Source: Alphaproteobacteria bacterium (GTDB taxonomy: Bacteria > Pseudomonadota > Alphaproteobacteria > UBA9219). Taken from it: DNA of 56,143 nucleotides. The position numbers were made by a program, and so were the translations under genes. The stretch covers positions 1-56,143 of the forward strand of contig JBAVWC010000438.1 of assembly GCA_049697595.1 (NCBI GenBank), written 5' to 3'. A model generated the notes under the pieces. That model was not told the DNA's origin and did no database searches. It worked only from the letters and a program-made list of their open reading frames with translations. Below are positions 8,075-16,968 of the stretch, piece by piece. Positions within the stretch are counted from its first letter, which is position 1. Each line of letters starts with the position of its first letter.

Positions 8075-8449
8075 ATGACGACAGAAACACAAGCCACGAC
8101 AACGCCCCTGATACCTCATGCGTCAGAGGAATTTGGCAAACGGCTGCGTTCGGCGATCAAGCATAACGACTCTGACGATGGAGTTGGGAAAGAAATATAC
8201 ACTTGGGGCTTTGCTGATGCGGCTCGACTCATCGAGAGTAGAAAGACAACCACACTAGAGACCGGCTGGTTGATCGAAATGCGAGACAAGAACGGCAAAC
8301 CAAGTTGGCTGCGGATTGACGAGGCGGGATTTACTGATGACAGCATCAAAGCTACTAGGTTTTGCCGCAAACAGGACGCAGACGCGACCATCTATCACCT
8401 CGGCAGTCTCACCGGATTGACCGCCACAGAACACCAATGGGGGAACTAA
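8075..8449 (+). CDS. hypothetical protein (124 aa)
   Basis: ORF track. SD GAGGAGG lies upstream. Confidence 0.65.
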   Translation: MTTETQATTTPLIPHASEEFGKRLRSAIKHNDSDDGVGKEIYTWGFADAARLIESRKTTTLETGWLIEMRDKNGKPSWLRIDEAGFTDDSIKATRFCRKQDADATIYHLGSLTGLTATEHQWGN

Positions 8450-8640
8450 TGGGAAAAACAATAACCACACCCTCGCAGGAATATGTAGATCTCGTGGAAT
8501 CTGTTCGCACCTACCTTGAAGTGCGAGATGATCTACATTCGTTTGATGGCGACAAACGCGGCATAGCTTCGACTCTTCAAGATAAAGAAAATGTCATGCG
8601 CCGTTTGGTCGGCTTACAGGAGATTGACAGTGACTATTAA
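8449..8640 (+). CDS. hypothetical protein (63 aa)
   Basis: ORF 8362..8640 trimmed to the ATG at 8449 (TAATG overlap with the upstream stop). Confidence 0.5.
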   Translation: MGKTITTPSQEYVDLVESVRTYLEVRDDLHSFDGDKRGIASTLQDKENVMRRLVGLQEIDSDY

Positions 8641-8845
8641 ACCACAAACCACGCCCCCGAAGCATGTTTGCTGTCCTTGTGGCGCAAAGATTATGTGCAA
8701 GAACGGACTGCCAGATCACTCGCTGCTTTCAAGCGGCTGGGAGAAAGTCGGCAAGCAATGGTATTGCGAAAATTGTATGGGTGGGAGCGTGAATAAGAAA
8801 ATTATCAAACATCTGAAGGAAAGAGCGCATGTCACAGAATCCTGA
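8630..8845 (+). CDS. Cys-rich (zinc-ribbon-like) small protein
   Basis: ORF 8591..8845. The likely start is the GTG at 8630. It carries CCPCG...CENC cysteine pairs. Confidence 0.45.
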   Translation: MTIKPQTTPPKHVCCPCGAKIMCKNGLPDHSLLSSGWEKVGKQWYCENCMGGSVNKKIIKHLKERAHVTES

Positions 8846-8964
8846 ATCTAAAACGACGAAGAAAGCTGGCCGATGGATATAATAGACAGGCTTATAGCTT
8901 ATGAGAAAACCGCTAGTCGCAGGGAATTTCAGAGCGCAGTTGCCGCCATTATGGGGTTATACAG

Positions 8965-9237
8965 ATGAGTGATACATGGACTACCGAAGGCGTTGGAAAA
9001 GTCAAATTCAATGGCGACATTGAAGCGTGGTTGCGCGATCAGAATAACATGAACCTGTTTCAATCGTGCTTATCTGGAAATTATGGCGCATGGGCGCGAT
9101 TGCCTTCATGGGTTTATGACGGTCTGGCTAAATTAAAAGAGGCGATTAAGCCCGACGACCTTGGCGACAACAAACACGAATCAGACGCTCGCGGGATTAT
9201 GGCGGATTATTATTCGGCGCGAGAAGGGAAAGATTAA
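8965..9237 (+). CDS. hypothetical protein (90 aa)
   Basis: ORF track. Confidence 0.55.
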   Translation: MSDTWTTEGVGKVKFNGDIEAWLRDQNNMNLFQSCLSGNYGAWARLPSWVYDGLAKLKEAIKPDDLGDNKHESDARGIMADYYSAREGKD

Positions 9238-9238
9238 C

Positions 9239-9526
9239 ATGACAACCCCAGATTGGCGCGAAGTCCTCGCAAAGCGTAACGCAGAGCCACATAAACCGAC
9301 CGTGGACGCGATTAAACGCACTCATCCCACATGGAATCCCGACCGAATTCGCGCCCTACGCCTTCAGCTTGGCATGACACAGGCTCAACTTGCCAACGCG
9401 CTAGGCTTTACGGGCAAACATCGCAAGGAAACAATTAACCGATATGAGCATGGGGCGCGGGAGCCATCGGCTCAGACTGTGATATTGTTGGAGCAGTTGG
9501 AAAAGAAGTTGCCCATTTCAGATTAA
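9239..9526 (+). CDS. XRE-family helix-turn-helix regulator (95 aa)
   Basis: ORF 9161..9526 trimmed to the ATG at 9239. IRALRLQLGMTQAQLANALGF...TINRYEHGAREPS is a classic XRE/Cro-type HTH. Confidence 0.8.
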   Translation: MTTPDWREVLAKRNAEPHKPTVDAIKRTHPTWNPDRIRALRLQLGMTQAQLANALGFTGKHRKETINRYEHGAREPSAQTVILLEQLEKKLPISD

Positions 9527-9692
9527 CCAAATTATATTTCATTCGGCAGGTGACATATCCACATATGTCGATTTGATATTGCTCAAAACGCATACATGGA
9601 TAATATGCGTGTCGGCGTTGAGTTCGCTACTCCTAGTCTGTGGTGCTCCAGTTCCATAGAAACGCCACCCTATTTCTGGAGCTTACAATCCC

Positions 9693-12074
9693 ATGTCATC
9701 TGAACTAATTAAACAATTCATTGACGCTATGTCTGCGGCAGAATGCCAGCCAGCGAATACAGACGACATCAAGGCCGATGATAAAAGAAACTACTTCCAG
9801 ATCGCCGGAGACAAGCCGGGACGCAAGCGCGGAGCATATAAACTAAAAATAGATGAATCGTTTGGCTGTGGTTGGTTTGTTGATTACAGAAACGGCGAAG
9901 TCATAAAGTGGCACAGCAAAACTAATAGAAAATTCACGCCAGCAGAACGCGCAGACTGGAAAAAACGCATAGAAGCCGAGCGTGCGATAAAAGATAAAGA
10001 ACAGGCAGAAATTTATCGCCTTACAGCAACCAAGGCAAAACGCCTATGGGACGGAGCGACACGCACAGGAACGACTGAATATCTCACACGCAAGCAGATT
10101 AATCTTAACGGCGCAAGGATTATGCGCGGCTTGGTCGTAGTTGGGGCATTTAAGGACGGACAAGTTTCGACTTTGCAATTCATCGCGGCAGACGGCGAAA
10201 AACGGTTTCTAAAAGACGGCGAAAAATCTGGCTCATATTTTCCCCTAGCTAAAGGCGGCGAAGATTTATCTCGTCTGATCCTATGTGAGGGTTACGCCAC
10301 AGCATGCAGTATCAGGGAAGCAACTGGACTGCCTGTAGTCTGCGCGTTTGACGCTGGCAATCTTTCCCCGGTTTCTAAAATACTGCGCGATAAATACCCT
10401 GATAGTGAAATCATACTCGCAGCCGACAATGACGCATGGACGACATCACCAAAGTTCAAGCCGAAGGGCATAGATATAAAATCTTTACCGCACGATTCGC
10501 CTTTCTGGGATGAATGGGGCGAAGCAGGGCATCTGCACAACACTGGCGTAGTATCAGCACAACAGGCAGCATTAGCAATCGGGGGCGCAAGAGTTGTTAT
10601 TCCGCGTTTTCTTAATACGTCCAGCAAACCTACGGATTGGAACGACCTGTTCATTCTGGAGGGCAGCGATAAGGTTCGCGCTGCGTTTATCACGCCAGAT
10701 ACAGCCAATGCGCCGCCCGAAGATGCGGAAACGCCAACGCAAGAAGATTGGGAAAATTACTATGCAGAACTCCCTTCCGATCAGGAAACAGCCGCGCTCG
10801 TGCAACTCTATACAGCCGCGCCAGAGGTTAGGGCATCGGACGTGGATTGGAGATCAAAACTTGCATATAAAGAGAACGGCAATTTACAAGGAAACTCAAT
10901 TCAGAACTCTTTGTTGCTTATAGAAAATGATAAAGTGCTGAAAAATATCTATTGCTTCGATTCATTTTCACAAGAAATGACGGTCTATCAATGCCCACCC
11001 TGGGAAGATGCACAGAAATTTAGGCCGCATATTTTACAGGATTCGGACGTTACCTTTTTAACTGGATACATGGAAAAATTGGGGCTGAAATTAGGACAAG
11101 GACAGATACAAAAGAGCCTTCATGCTATCGTCCGAAAGAACTCTAAAAACCCCGCACAGGAGTATTTCAATAGTCTTAAATGGGATGGGGTTAGAAGACT
11201 GGACACATGGTTGCAGGATTATTGCGGCGCGATACTAGAGCCACAGGAATATGTCTCAGCAATAGGCCGCAAATGGCTTTGTGCGTCCGTACGGCGCGTT
11301 ATGGAGCCGGGAACGAAATTCGATCATATGCTTATCCTAGAGGGAGCGCAGGGCATTAGAAAATCAACCCTACTCAGGGAATTGGCGACGATCCACGGGA
11401 AAGCCTATTTTGATGATACACTAAGAATTGAACATCTAACTGACTCGAAATATGCGACCCGCTTTCAGGGAAAACTGATTATCGAAATCGCTGAATTAGC
11501 TGGAATACATCGTGCCGATGTTGAAAAATTAAAGGGCGCATTGTCTGTGCAGGATGACAGCATCACCCTGAAATACGAGAATAATACGACGAAATATCCA
11601 CGCCAGTTTATCATAGGTGGCACAGTAAACCCACAAGAAGGAAATGGTTATCTTTCAGACCCGACCGGAAACCGCCGATTTTGGCCTGTATCTACGAATA
11701 ATATAAAGATCGAGGGCATCAGGGAAATTAAAGAACAATTATGGGCAGAAGCTGCATCTGTAGCCAAGAACGAAGAATTATATTTAACCGGAAAACTTGC
11801 CGTGATGCAGTCCGAAGTCGTGGCGTTACGCTTGAATGAGCATCCGTGGTCGGGAGAAATTACCAGATTTTCTTATGGCAGGAGAATTGTCGAGAAAGAA
11901 GAAATATGGACTCTGCTGGGCGTGACTGATCGCACCAAGCGCACAACTACAGCATCTAATGAAATCGGGAAGATTATGACGAAACTTGGTTACAAAAATA
12001 AGCAGGTTATGGCTGGGGGAGATCGAGAATATAAGTGGGTGAAAGACGTGAAAGATGAGGAGATTGGGTTATGA
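9693..12074 (+). CDS. DNA primase (Toprim) fused to VirE/P4-type NTPase
   Basis: 793-aa ORF. The centre is Toprim-like (LILCEGYATA...ILAADND). The C-terminal part has Walker A GAQGIRKST, Walker B-like LIIEIAE and surrounding VirE-family sequence. Confidence 0.88.
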   Translation: MSSELIKQFIDAMSAAECQPANTDDIKADDKRNYFQIAGDKPGRKRGAYKLKIDESFGCGWFVDYRNGEVIKWHSKTNRKFTPAERADWKKRIEAERAIKDKEQAEIYRLTATKAKRLWDGATRTGTTEYLTRKQINLNGARIMRGLVVVGAFKDGQVSTLQFIAADGEKRFLKDGEKSGSYFPLAKGGEDLSRLILCEGYATACSIREATGLPVVCAFDAGNLSPVSKILRDKYPDSEIILAADNDAWTTSPKFKPKGIDIKSLPHDSPFWDEWGEAGHLHNTGVVSAQQAALAIGGARVVIPRFLNTSSKPTDWNDLFILEGSDKVRAAFITPDTANAPPEDAETPTQEDWENYYAELPSDQETAALVQLYTAAPEVRASDVDWRSKLAYKENGNLQGNSIQNSLLLIENDKVLKNIYCFDSFSQEMTVYQCPPWEDAQKFRPHILQDSDVTFLTGYMEKLGLKLGQGQIQKSLHAIVRKNSKNPAQEYFNSLKWDGVRRLDTWLQDYCGAILEPQEYVSAIGRKWLCASVRRVMEPGTKFDHMLILEGAQGIRKSTLLRELATIHGKAYFDDTLRIEHLTDSKYATRFQGKLIIEIAELAGIHRADVEKLKGALSVQDDSITLKYENNTTKYPRQFIIGGTVNPQEGNGYLSDPTGNRRFWPVSTNNIKIEGIREIKEQLWAEAASVAKNEELYLTGKLAVMQSEVVALRLNEHPWSGEITRFSYGRRIVEKEEIWTLLGVTDRTKRTTTASNEIGKIMTKLGYKNKQVMAGGDREYKWVKDVKDEEIGL

Positions 12075-13480
12075 TCCCCGTTGACTTATACCCACACCAA
12101 AAGAAAATGAACGATGAATGCCGCGAATTAATGCTGCGCGGTGTCAGACACGTCTTAATGCAGGGTGCAACAGGCATCGGCAAATCACGGATGGCTGCGG
12201 CTCAGATACAGGCAGCACAGATTAAAGGTAAGCGCGCTGCATTCGTAGTGCCGCGCCGTGAGTTAGTTCATCAAATGTCCGTTCAGTTTTCTAAATTTGA
12301 AATTGAACATAGTTTCATTTGCGCGGGATATGGGTTTAATCCCTATGGAACCGTTCATATTTGTACGGCTGGATCGTTGCTAAACAGAATGGATTTAATC
12401 AAGCCGGACGTTGTATTTTTTGATGAAGTTCACATAAGCGGCGAAGTGTTAAATAGGATAATCAGGTACTACCAAGCACAAGGAGCATATACCGTGGGAC
12501 TTTCTGCGACTCCGTGGAAAAGTTCAGGAAAGGGGCTGGGTTGTTGGTTTAATGAAATGGTAAGCGGCCCCCAAATTCGATGGTTAATTGAGAGTAAATT
12601 TCTTTCTGAATATCGCTTGTTCGCGCCGCACACCCCAGACTTATCCGGCATAAAAACTGTTGCGGGAGAATTTTCCAAGGGTGCGCTGAATGATAAGATG
12701 GAACATGATCGCGTTTTGATTGGCAATGCCGTTGAGCATTACCGGAAACACGCAATGGGGCGCATAAACCTAACATTCTGTGTGAGTCGGAAGCATGCCC
12801 AAATAACTAATCAAGCATTTTTAGACGCAGGTATTCCGTCTGCATATGTTGACGGAGAGACACCGGATGATGAACGCAGGAAGGCATTCAGAGCATTGGG
12901 CATGAGACAGATATTAAATATCTGTAGCGTAGAATTAATTTCCACCGGGTTTGATTTATCTGCCGCCGCCGATATGGATGTTACAGTAGAAAGCCTATCT
13001 GGACTAAGGCCGACACAGTCTCTTGCGCTCAACAGCCAGATAAACGGACGCGCTTTGCGGAAGAAAGATTTCCCGGCATTTTTGTTCGATCACTCTGGTA
13101 ATTGTATGCGCCACGGACTCCCAGATGCAGAGCGAGAATGGACTCTAGCAGATCAATCTAAATCCAGCCGTGATAAATCAGAAAAAATCGTCGCCGTTCG
13201 CCAATGCCCTAAATGCGACTACTGCCACGCACCATCACCAGTCTGCCCAAATTGCAATCATGTCTATGAAATCCAATCCCGTGAGATAGATGAGATCGAC
13301 GGCGAGTTGAAAGAAATAACCGAAGTCCAACTTAAGATGGATAAAAAGAAACGCCGCGCCGCATGTAAGACGATTGAAGAGTTGGTTAAGTTTGCAGAGG
13401 GTGAAGGGTACTTGCATCCCCGTCAGTGGGCCGCCCGTTGGTGGACTACCAGAGAGTATTACAAGCGAGGCAAACAATGA
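12071..13480 (+). CDS. SF2 (DEAD/DEAH-type) DNA helicase
   Basis: 469-aa ORF with motif I GATGIGKS, motif II DEVH and motif III SATP, plus a C-terminal CPKC...CPNC zinc ribbon. Start overlaps the primase stop. Confidence 0.88.
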   Translation: MIPVDLYPHQKKMNDECRELMLRGVRHVLMQGATGIGKSRMAAAQIQAAQIKGKRAAFVVPRRELVHQMSVQFSKFEIEHSFICAGYGFNPYGTVHICTAGSLLNRMDLIKPDVVFFDEVHISGEVLNRIIRYYQAQGAYTVGLSATPWKSSGKGLGCWFNEMVSGPQIRWLIESKFLSEYRLFAPHTPDLSGIKTVAGEFSKGALNDKMEHDRVLIGNAVEHYRKHAMGRINLTFCVSRKHAQITNQAFLDAGIPSAYVDGETPDDERRKAFRALGMRQILNICSVELISTGFDLSAAADMDVTVESLSGLRPTQSLALNSQINGRALRKKDFPAFLFDHSGNCMRHGLPDAEREWTLADQSKSSRDKSEKIVAVRQCPKCDYCHAPSPVCPNCNHVYEIQSREIDEIDGELKEITEVQLKMDKKKRRAACKTIEELVKFAEGEGYLHPRQWAARWWTTREYYKRGKQ

Positions 13481-13731
13481 TCCCAGACCACATCATAGAA
13501 CGTGCAGCCATTCGACAGTTCGACGCTGGCTATTCACGCGCAGAGGCCGAGAGGCTAGCTGGAATCCACCCAGCAGGAACCATCCTATTATCTATCCAGC
13601 AGACAGATGACGCAGCCATAGAATACGCAAGAGCATGGTGCAGGGAGCGTGAACTAACTGCCGAAGATGTGAGTGTCAGGAAGAATGAATTTGAGGTTTA
13701 TGTGATTGCGAAACAGGATGTGGGGTTTTAA
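13477..13731 (+). CDS. hypothetical protein (84 aa)
   Basis: ORF 13426..13731 trimmed to the ATG at 13477 (ATGA overlap with the helicase stop). Confidence 0.5.
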   Translation: MIPDHIIERAAIRQFDAGYSRAEAERLAGIHPAGTILLSIQQTDDAAIEYARAWCRERELTAEDVSVRKNEFEVYVIAKQDVGF

Positions 13732-14081
13732 TGGGTTGGCAGGAAACGGCGATTGCGAATGAGATTATGATAGCATCCTCTAAGGTCGGCGTTGTGCTGC
13801 ATAAAAATATCAGGGGGATGTTTTACACCCTTGATAAGAAGCACAAGGTTAAGGCTGGTTTATTGGCAGATGGAAGCGGAGATTTAATAGGCTATACACC
13901 GACAATCATCACGCAAGAAATGGTTGGTCAGACGATAGCTATTTATACATCTGTGGAAGTGAAAACGGAGACAGGAACGGCGAAGAAGCATCAAAAGGAT
14001 TGGCGCGATAGGGTGCTTTCACGCGGAGGAAAAGCTGGTATTGCTAGAAGTGTGGAGGATGCGTTGGAGATTTTGAAATAG
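13731..14081 (+). CDS. VRR-NUC domain nuclease
   Basis: 116-aa ORF. GSGDLIGY...IYTSVEVKTETGTAKKHQKDW matches the VRR-NUC D...EVK...Q core. The position next to an SF2 helicase is typical. Confidence 0.72.
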   Translation: MGWQETAIANEIMIASSKVGVVLHKNIRGMFYTLDKKHKVKAGLLADGSGDLIGYTPTIITQEMVGQTIAIYTSVEVKTETGTAKKHQKDWRDRVLSRGGKAGIARSVEDALEILK

Positions 14082-14210
14082 ACTCAGCCGCTAATATATA
14101 TGCACGGACAGCGGTTGTGACCATCTTAGCCGCAGAAGTATCTGGTGGGAATAACGCCTGTAGGCGACGAAACCACGGTTTTTTTAGTTCAGCGTATAGG
14201 CGACAGTTTG

Positions 14211-14363
14211 TCATTTAACGGTTACAGCCCACGCCTCGACAACATAAGCGGCCTGATTAGCCATTGTGCGTTTTTCTTTATCGCCAATTTCTTTTAACTT
14301 ATTGGCGGTATTTTCATCGACAAACACTGCGGCAAGTCTGATTTTCTTCGGGGTCTTTTTCAT
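14211..14363 (-). CDS. small antisense-oriented protein, possibly RHH-like (50 aa)
   Basis: ORF 14211..14426 trimmed to the ATG at 14361-14363 (MKKTPKKIRLAAVFVDENTANKLKEIGDKEKRTMANQAAYVVEAWAVTVK). It is the only minus-strand gene in this block. Confidence 0.45.
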   Translation of the reverse strand: MKKTPKKIRLAAVFVDENTANKLKEIGDKEKRTMANQAAYVVEAWAVTVK

Positions 14364-14386
14364 GTGAATTATTTTGAATTTTGTTG

Positions 14387-14415
14387 TTGACGAGAATAAT
14401 CTAAAAGAATATGAT
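14387..14415 (+). promoter_or_regulatory. sigma70-type promoter for the exonuclease/RecT operon
   Basis: TTGACG (14387-14392), a 17-nt spacer, then TATGAT (14410-14415), about 30 nt before the ATG at 14447. Confidence 0.6.
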
Positions 14416-14446
14416 CTAAAAATCAACTAAAAACTGGAACCGAATC

Positions 14447-15397
14447 ATGTCCTACACACACAAAATCGTCCCGATAACATCTGAAGATCAATGGCTGTCA
14501 CTCCGCAAGTCGGATTTGACTAGCACAGAAATTTCTGCACTTTTTAATCTCTGCCCGTATTTGACTAAATTTGAACTCTATCATGCGAAAAAGGACGGCC
14601 TGATTTTGCCGTTCAAAGAAAACGAGCGCATGAAGGACGGCAAGGACATGGAGGTGTTCGCCGCCAATAAGGTCGCCAAGAAGAACGGATGGACTGTTCG
14701 ACCATTGCAGGTCTATGCGCGGATTCCTGAATTACGGTTGGGGGCAAGTTTTGACTTTGAGGCTATCTGTCCGAAGCGCGGTAAAGGCATATTGGAAATC
14801 AAAGCCGTTGATTATTTCCGGCACAAACAGAAATGGTCGGAAGAAGAAATCCCGCCACATATTGAAATTCAAGCGAGACATCAAATGCTCTGCGCTAAAG
14901 AATATAATTGGTCTTGCGTGGCGGCGTTTACGTCAATTTATGACCACCACGAATATCTGTTTGACCGTGATGAGGCGTTTGAGAATGGGTTAATCGCGGC
15001 ATCTAAGAGTTTCTGGTCTGACGTTGACAATGGACACGCGCCTGAGCCTGATTTTGTTAAGGATGCTGCGGTTATATCTGCCTTGTATAAAAACGCTGGT
15101 GGTGAGGCTGTTGACCTTAGCGCGGATAATCAGTTATCGGATTTACTGGCTGAATATCTGCGCGTTAAAGAAGAGGCTAAATCTTGGGGTGATAAACAGG
15201 ACGCTTTGAAATCCGAAATACACTTCAAGATGGGCGAACGCGCTAAGGGGTTCACGCCAGAATATGCCGTTGATACGGGCTGGACTAAAGGAAGTGAGGG
15301 GACTGTTGTAACGACAGAAATGGTTGGAACGGTTATCGGAGCGAAGTCGGGATACAGGAAGTTGTTAGTTAAACCATATAAGGGAGATAAGAAATGA
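14447..15397 (+). CDS. YqaJ-type (lambda Exo-like) recombination exonuclease
   Basis: 316-aa ORF. The N-terminal SEDQWLSLRKSDLTSTEISALFNLCPYLTKFELYHAKK matches the YqaJ signature. It is paired with RecT downstream. Confidence 0.82.
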   Translation: MSYTHKIVPITSEDQWLSLRKSDLTSTEISALFNLCPYLTKFELYHAKKDGLILPFKENERMKDGKDMEVFAANKVAKKNGWTVRPLQVYARIPELRLGASFDFEAICPKRGKGILEIKAVDYFRHKQKWSEEEIPPHIEIQARHQMLCAKEYNWSCVAAFTSIYDHHEYLFDRDEAFENGLIAASKSFWSDVDNGHAPEPDFVKDAAVISALYKNAGGEAVDLSADNQLSDLLAEYLRVKEEAKSWGDKQDALKSEIHFKMGERAKGFTPEYAVDTGWTKGSEGTVVTTEMVGTVIGAKSGYRKLLVKPYKGDKK

Positions 15398-15591
15398 GTG
15401 AGCCAAGATGTTATGGCATCGTTGCCGAGTGTACGTTAGAGGCACCCCTTATCTGGGAGCAGAGACCACTTACCCGCGAGGAGGCGCACTGCAAGCTAAG
15501 GGAGTTTGCCGGGCGACCAAACATTATCCGCGCCGCGATATTCCGCATGGATTTTGTGGATGGAAATGAAACCCTAGTAGAAAAGGATTAA
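15394..15591 (+). CDS. hypothetical protein (65 aa)
   Basis: ORF track. ATGA coupling. Confidence 0.5.
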   Translation: MSEPRCYGIVAECTLEAPLIWEQRPLTREEAHCKLREFAGRPNIIRAAIFRMDFVDGNETLVEKD

Positions 15592-15595
15592 TGAA

Positions 15596-16465
15596 ATGAC
15601 CGAACCAGCACCACAATCCAAGCAATTAACCCCAGTAGGCGAACTCTGCACAGGGTTAAATAAGATCGAGGGGATGCTTGAAAAGGCACTCCCGAAAGGC
15701 GTAACCAAGGATAAATTCATGCGTACTGCCTTGCAGGGAATACAAACTCACAAAGACAAAGACAAGTTAGCAAGTGCAGATCGTGCTAGTTTCTATCTTG
15801 CGGTTCAACGTGCGGCTAGTGACGGTCTATTGCTAGACGGTCGTGAAGCTGCTCTGGTGGTTTTTGCTAATCAAGTGCAATTTATGCCAATGGTGCAGGG
15901 CTTGATTAAGTTAGCCCGTAACTCCGGCGACATTAAGAACATCGAGGCCGCAGTTGTCCACCGCCATGACCGTTTTACCTATATTATGGGTGAGGACGCA
16001 TCACCAAAGCATGAGGCTGATTGGTTTGCAGATGATCGTGGAGAGCCAATCGGAGTATGGGCGGTTGTTACCCTATCGTCTGGCGAGAAAATACCGGCGA
16101 TGCTTTCCAAGTCAAAGGTTATGCGCGTGGCTGCGAAGTCAAAGAATGGCTATCAGTATGACCCAACCAAGGGCGATGCTTGGGAGGAATGGTGGAAGAA
16201 AACAGCCGTCAAGAACGTGCTGAAATACGCGCCACGCAGCACAGAGTTGGACAGGGCATTGCAGCAGGACGAGGAAGAGCCGATTGATGTTACGCCGACA
16301 CCACCAGCAGAAGTCGTTGCAGCTATTGAACCTCCACGTAAGAGGAAGGCTGTTGAACCTCCACGTAAGAGGAAGGCTGTTGATGTTGTTACCGAAACGG
16401 CTAATCCTACCCCAGAACCACCACCGCAGACCATTGATGGGAGTTTTGAGGAAGTGCCAATATAA
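15596..16465 (+). CDS. recT: RecT-family single-strand annealing protein
   Basis: 289-aa ORF. FMRTALQGIQ...SFYLAVQRAASDGLLLDGREAALVVF...MPMVQGLIKLARNSG is typical of RecT. It follows the YqaJ exonuclease. Confidence 0.85.
   Translation: MTEPAPQSKQLTPVGELCTGLNKIEGMLEKALPKGVTKDKFMRTALQGIQTHKDKDKLASADRASFYLAVQRAASDGLLLDGREAALVVFANQVQFMPMVQGLIKLARNSGDIKNIEAAVVHRHDRFTYIMGEDASPKHEADWFADDRGEPIGVWAVVTLSSGEKIPAMLSKSKVMRVAAKSKNGYQYDPTKGDAWEEWWKKTAVKNVLKYAPRSTELDRALQQDEEEPIDVTPTPPAEVVAAIEPPRKRKAVEPPRKRKAVDVVTETANPTPEPPPQTIDGSFEEVPI
16328..16381 (+). repeat. perfect 27-bp tandem duplication inside the recT 3' end
   Basis: GAACCTCCACGTAAGAGGAAGGCTGTT occurs twice back to back, encoding EPPRKRKAV twice. 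Confidence 0.9.
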
Positions 16466-16555
16466 TGACCAAACAACAGATTGATCTAATCCTCTGGAAA
16501 TTAATAGGAACCAACCAACCCCTAACCCTCCAATACCACTATAAAAGGATGACCA

Positions 16556-16807
16556 ATGACAAACGCCGCCGAGAACTTAGACGACTTGACCATTCCGCAA
16601 TTCTTACAGAGGAAAGCAAACCCTATGCCTCATATCGAACATACACAGCCGAAAGACACGCCAGAGATCATCCAAGAGCCTCAACCGGAAATCACCATCG
16701 ACATGATTATGGAGCAGATCAAGAAGCTGTCTGCCAAGAGGGATGAAATTACCACGATGCTATCGGGCTTGAAGAAACAAGCTCAGCGCATGATCGGCCA
16801 ACTCTAA
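16556..16807 (+). CDS. small protein with FtsZ C-terminal-tail-like N-terminus (83 aa)
   Basis: ORF track. The N-terminus reads LDDLTIPQFLQRKAN. One junction-motif copy lies at 16518-16532. Confidence 0.6.
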   Translation: MTNAAENLDDLTIPQFLQRKANPMPHIEHTQPKDTPEIIQEPQPEITIDMIMEQIKKLSAKRDEITTMLSGLKKQAQRMIGQL

Positions 16808-16968
16808 TGGCAAGATACTCAGTAATGGTCAAATACACCATGCAACGCAAAATCAACGTCTATGCAGATGATGAAACAGAGGCCGAAGAAAAGGCTTGCG
16901 ATGTTGTTCTCGGCTGGAAAGACGTTGATGATGCAGAAGCCGTGAAAGGCGAAACAGAGGAAATATGA
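16807..16968 (+). CDS. hypothetical acidic protein (53 aa)
   Basis: Hand translation: MARYSVMVKYTMQRKINVYADDETEAEEKACDVVLGWKDVDDAEAVKGETEEI. TAATG and ATGA overlaps with its neighbours. Confidence 0.5.
   Translation: MARYSVMVKYTMQRKINVYADDETEAEEKACDVVLGWKDVDDAEAVKGETEEI

Noticed and set aside
14082-14210. Bidirectional terminator between the VRR-NUC gene and the antisense small gene
   Set aside because: I found only a 4-5-bp stem (CGCC-TGTA-GGCG) and a T-run not adjacent to it. The TAGGCGAC direct repeat (about 14161 and 14196) is noted, but the evidence is too weak to call a terminator.
16465-16746. 93-aa plus-strand ORF overlapping the 16556..16807 gene
   Set aside because: It has basic, off-frame-looking composition. 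The alternative frame has a junction motif at the usual distance and a recognisable N-terminal peptide.
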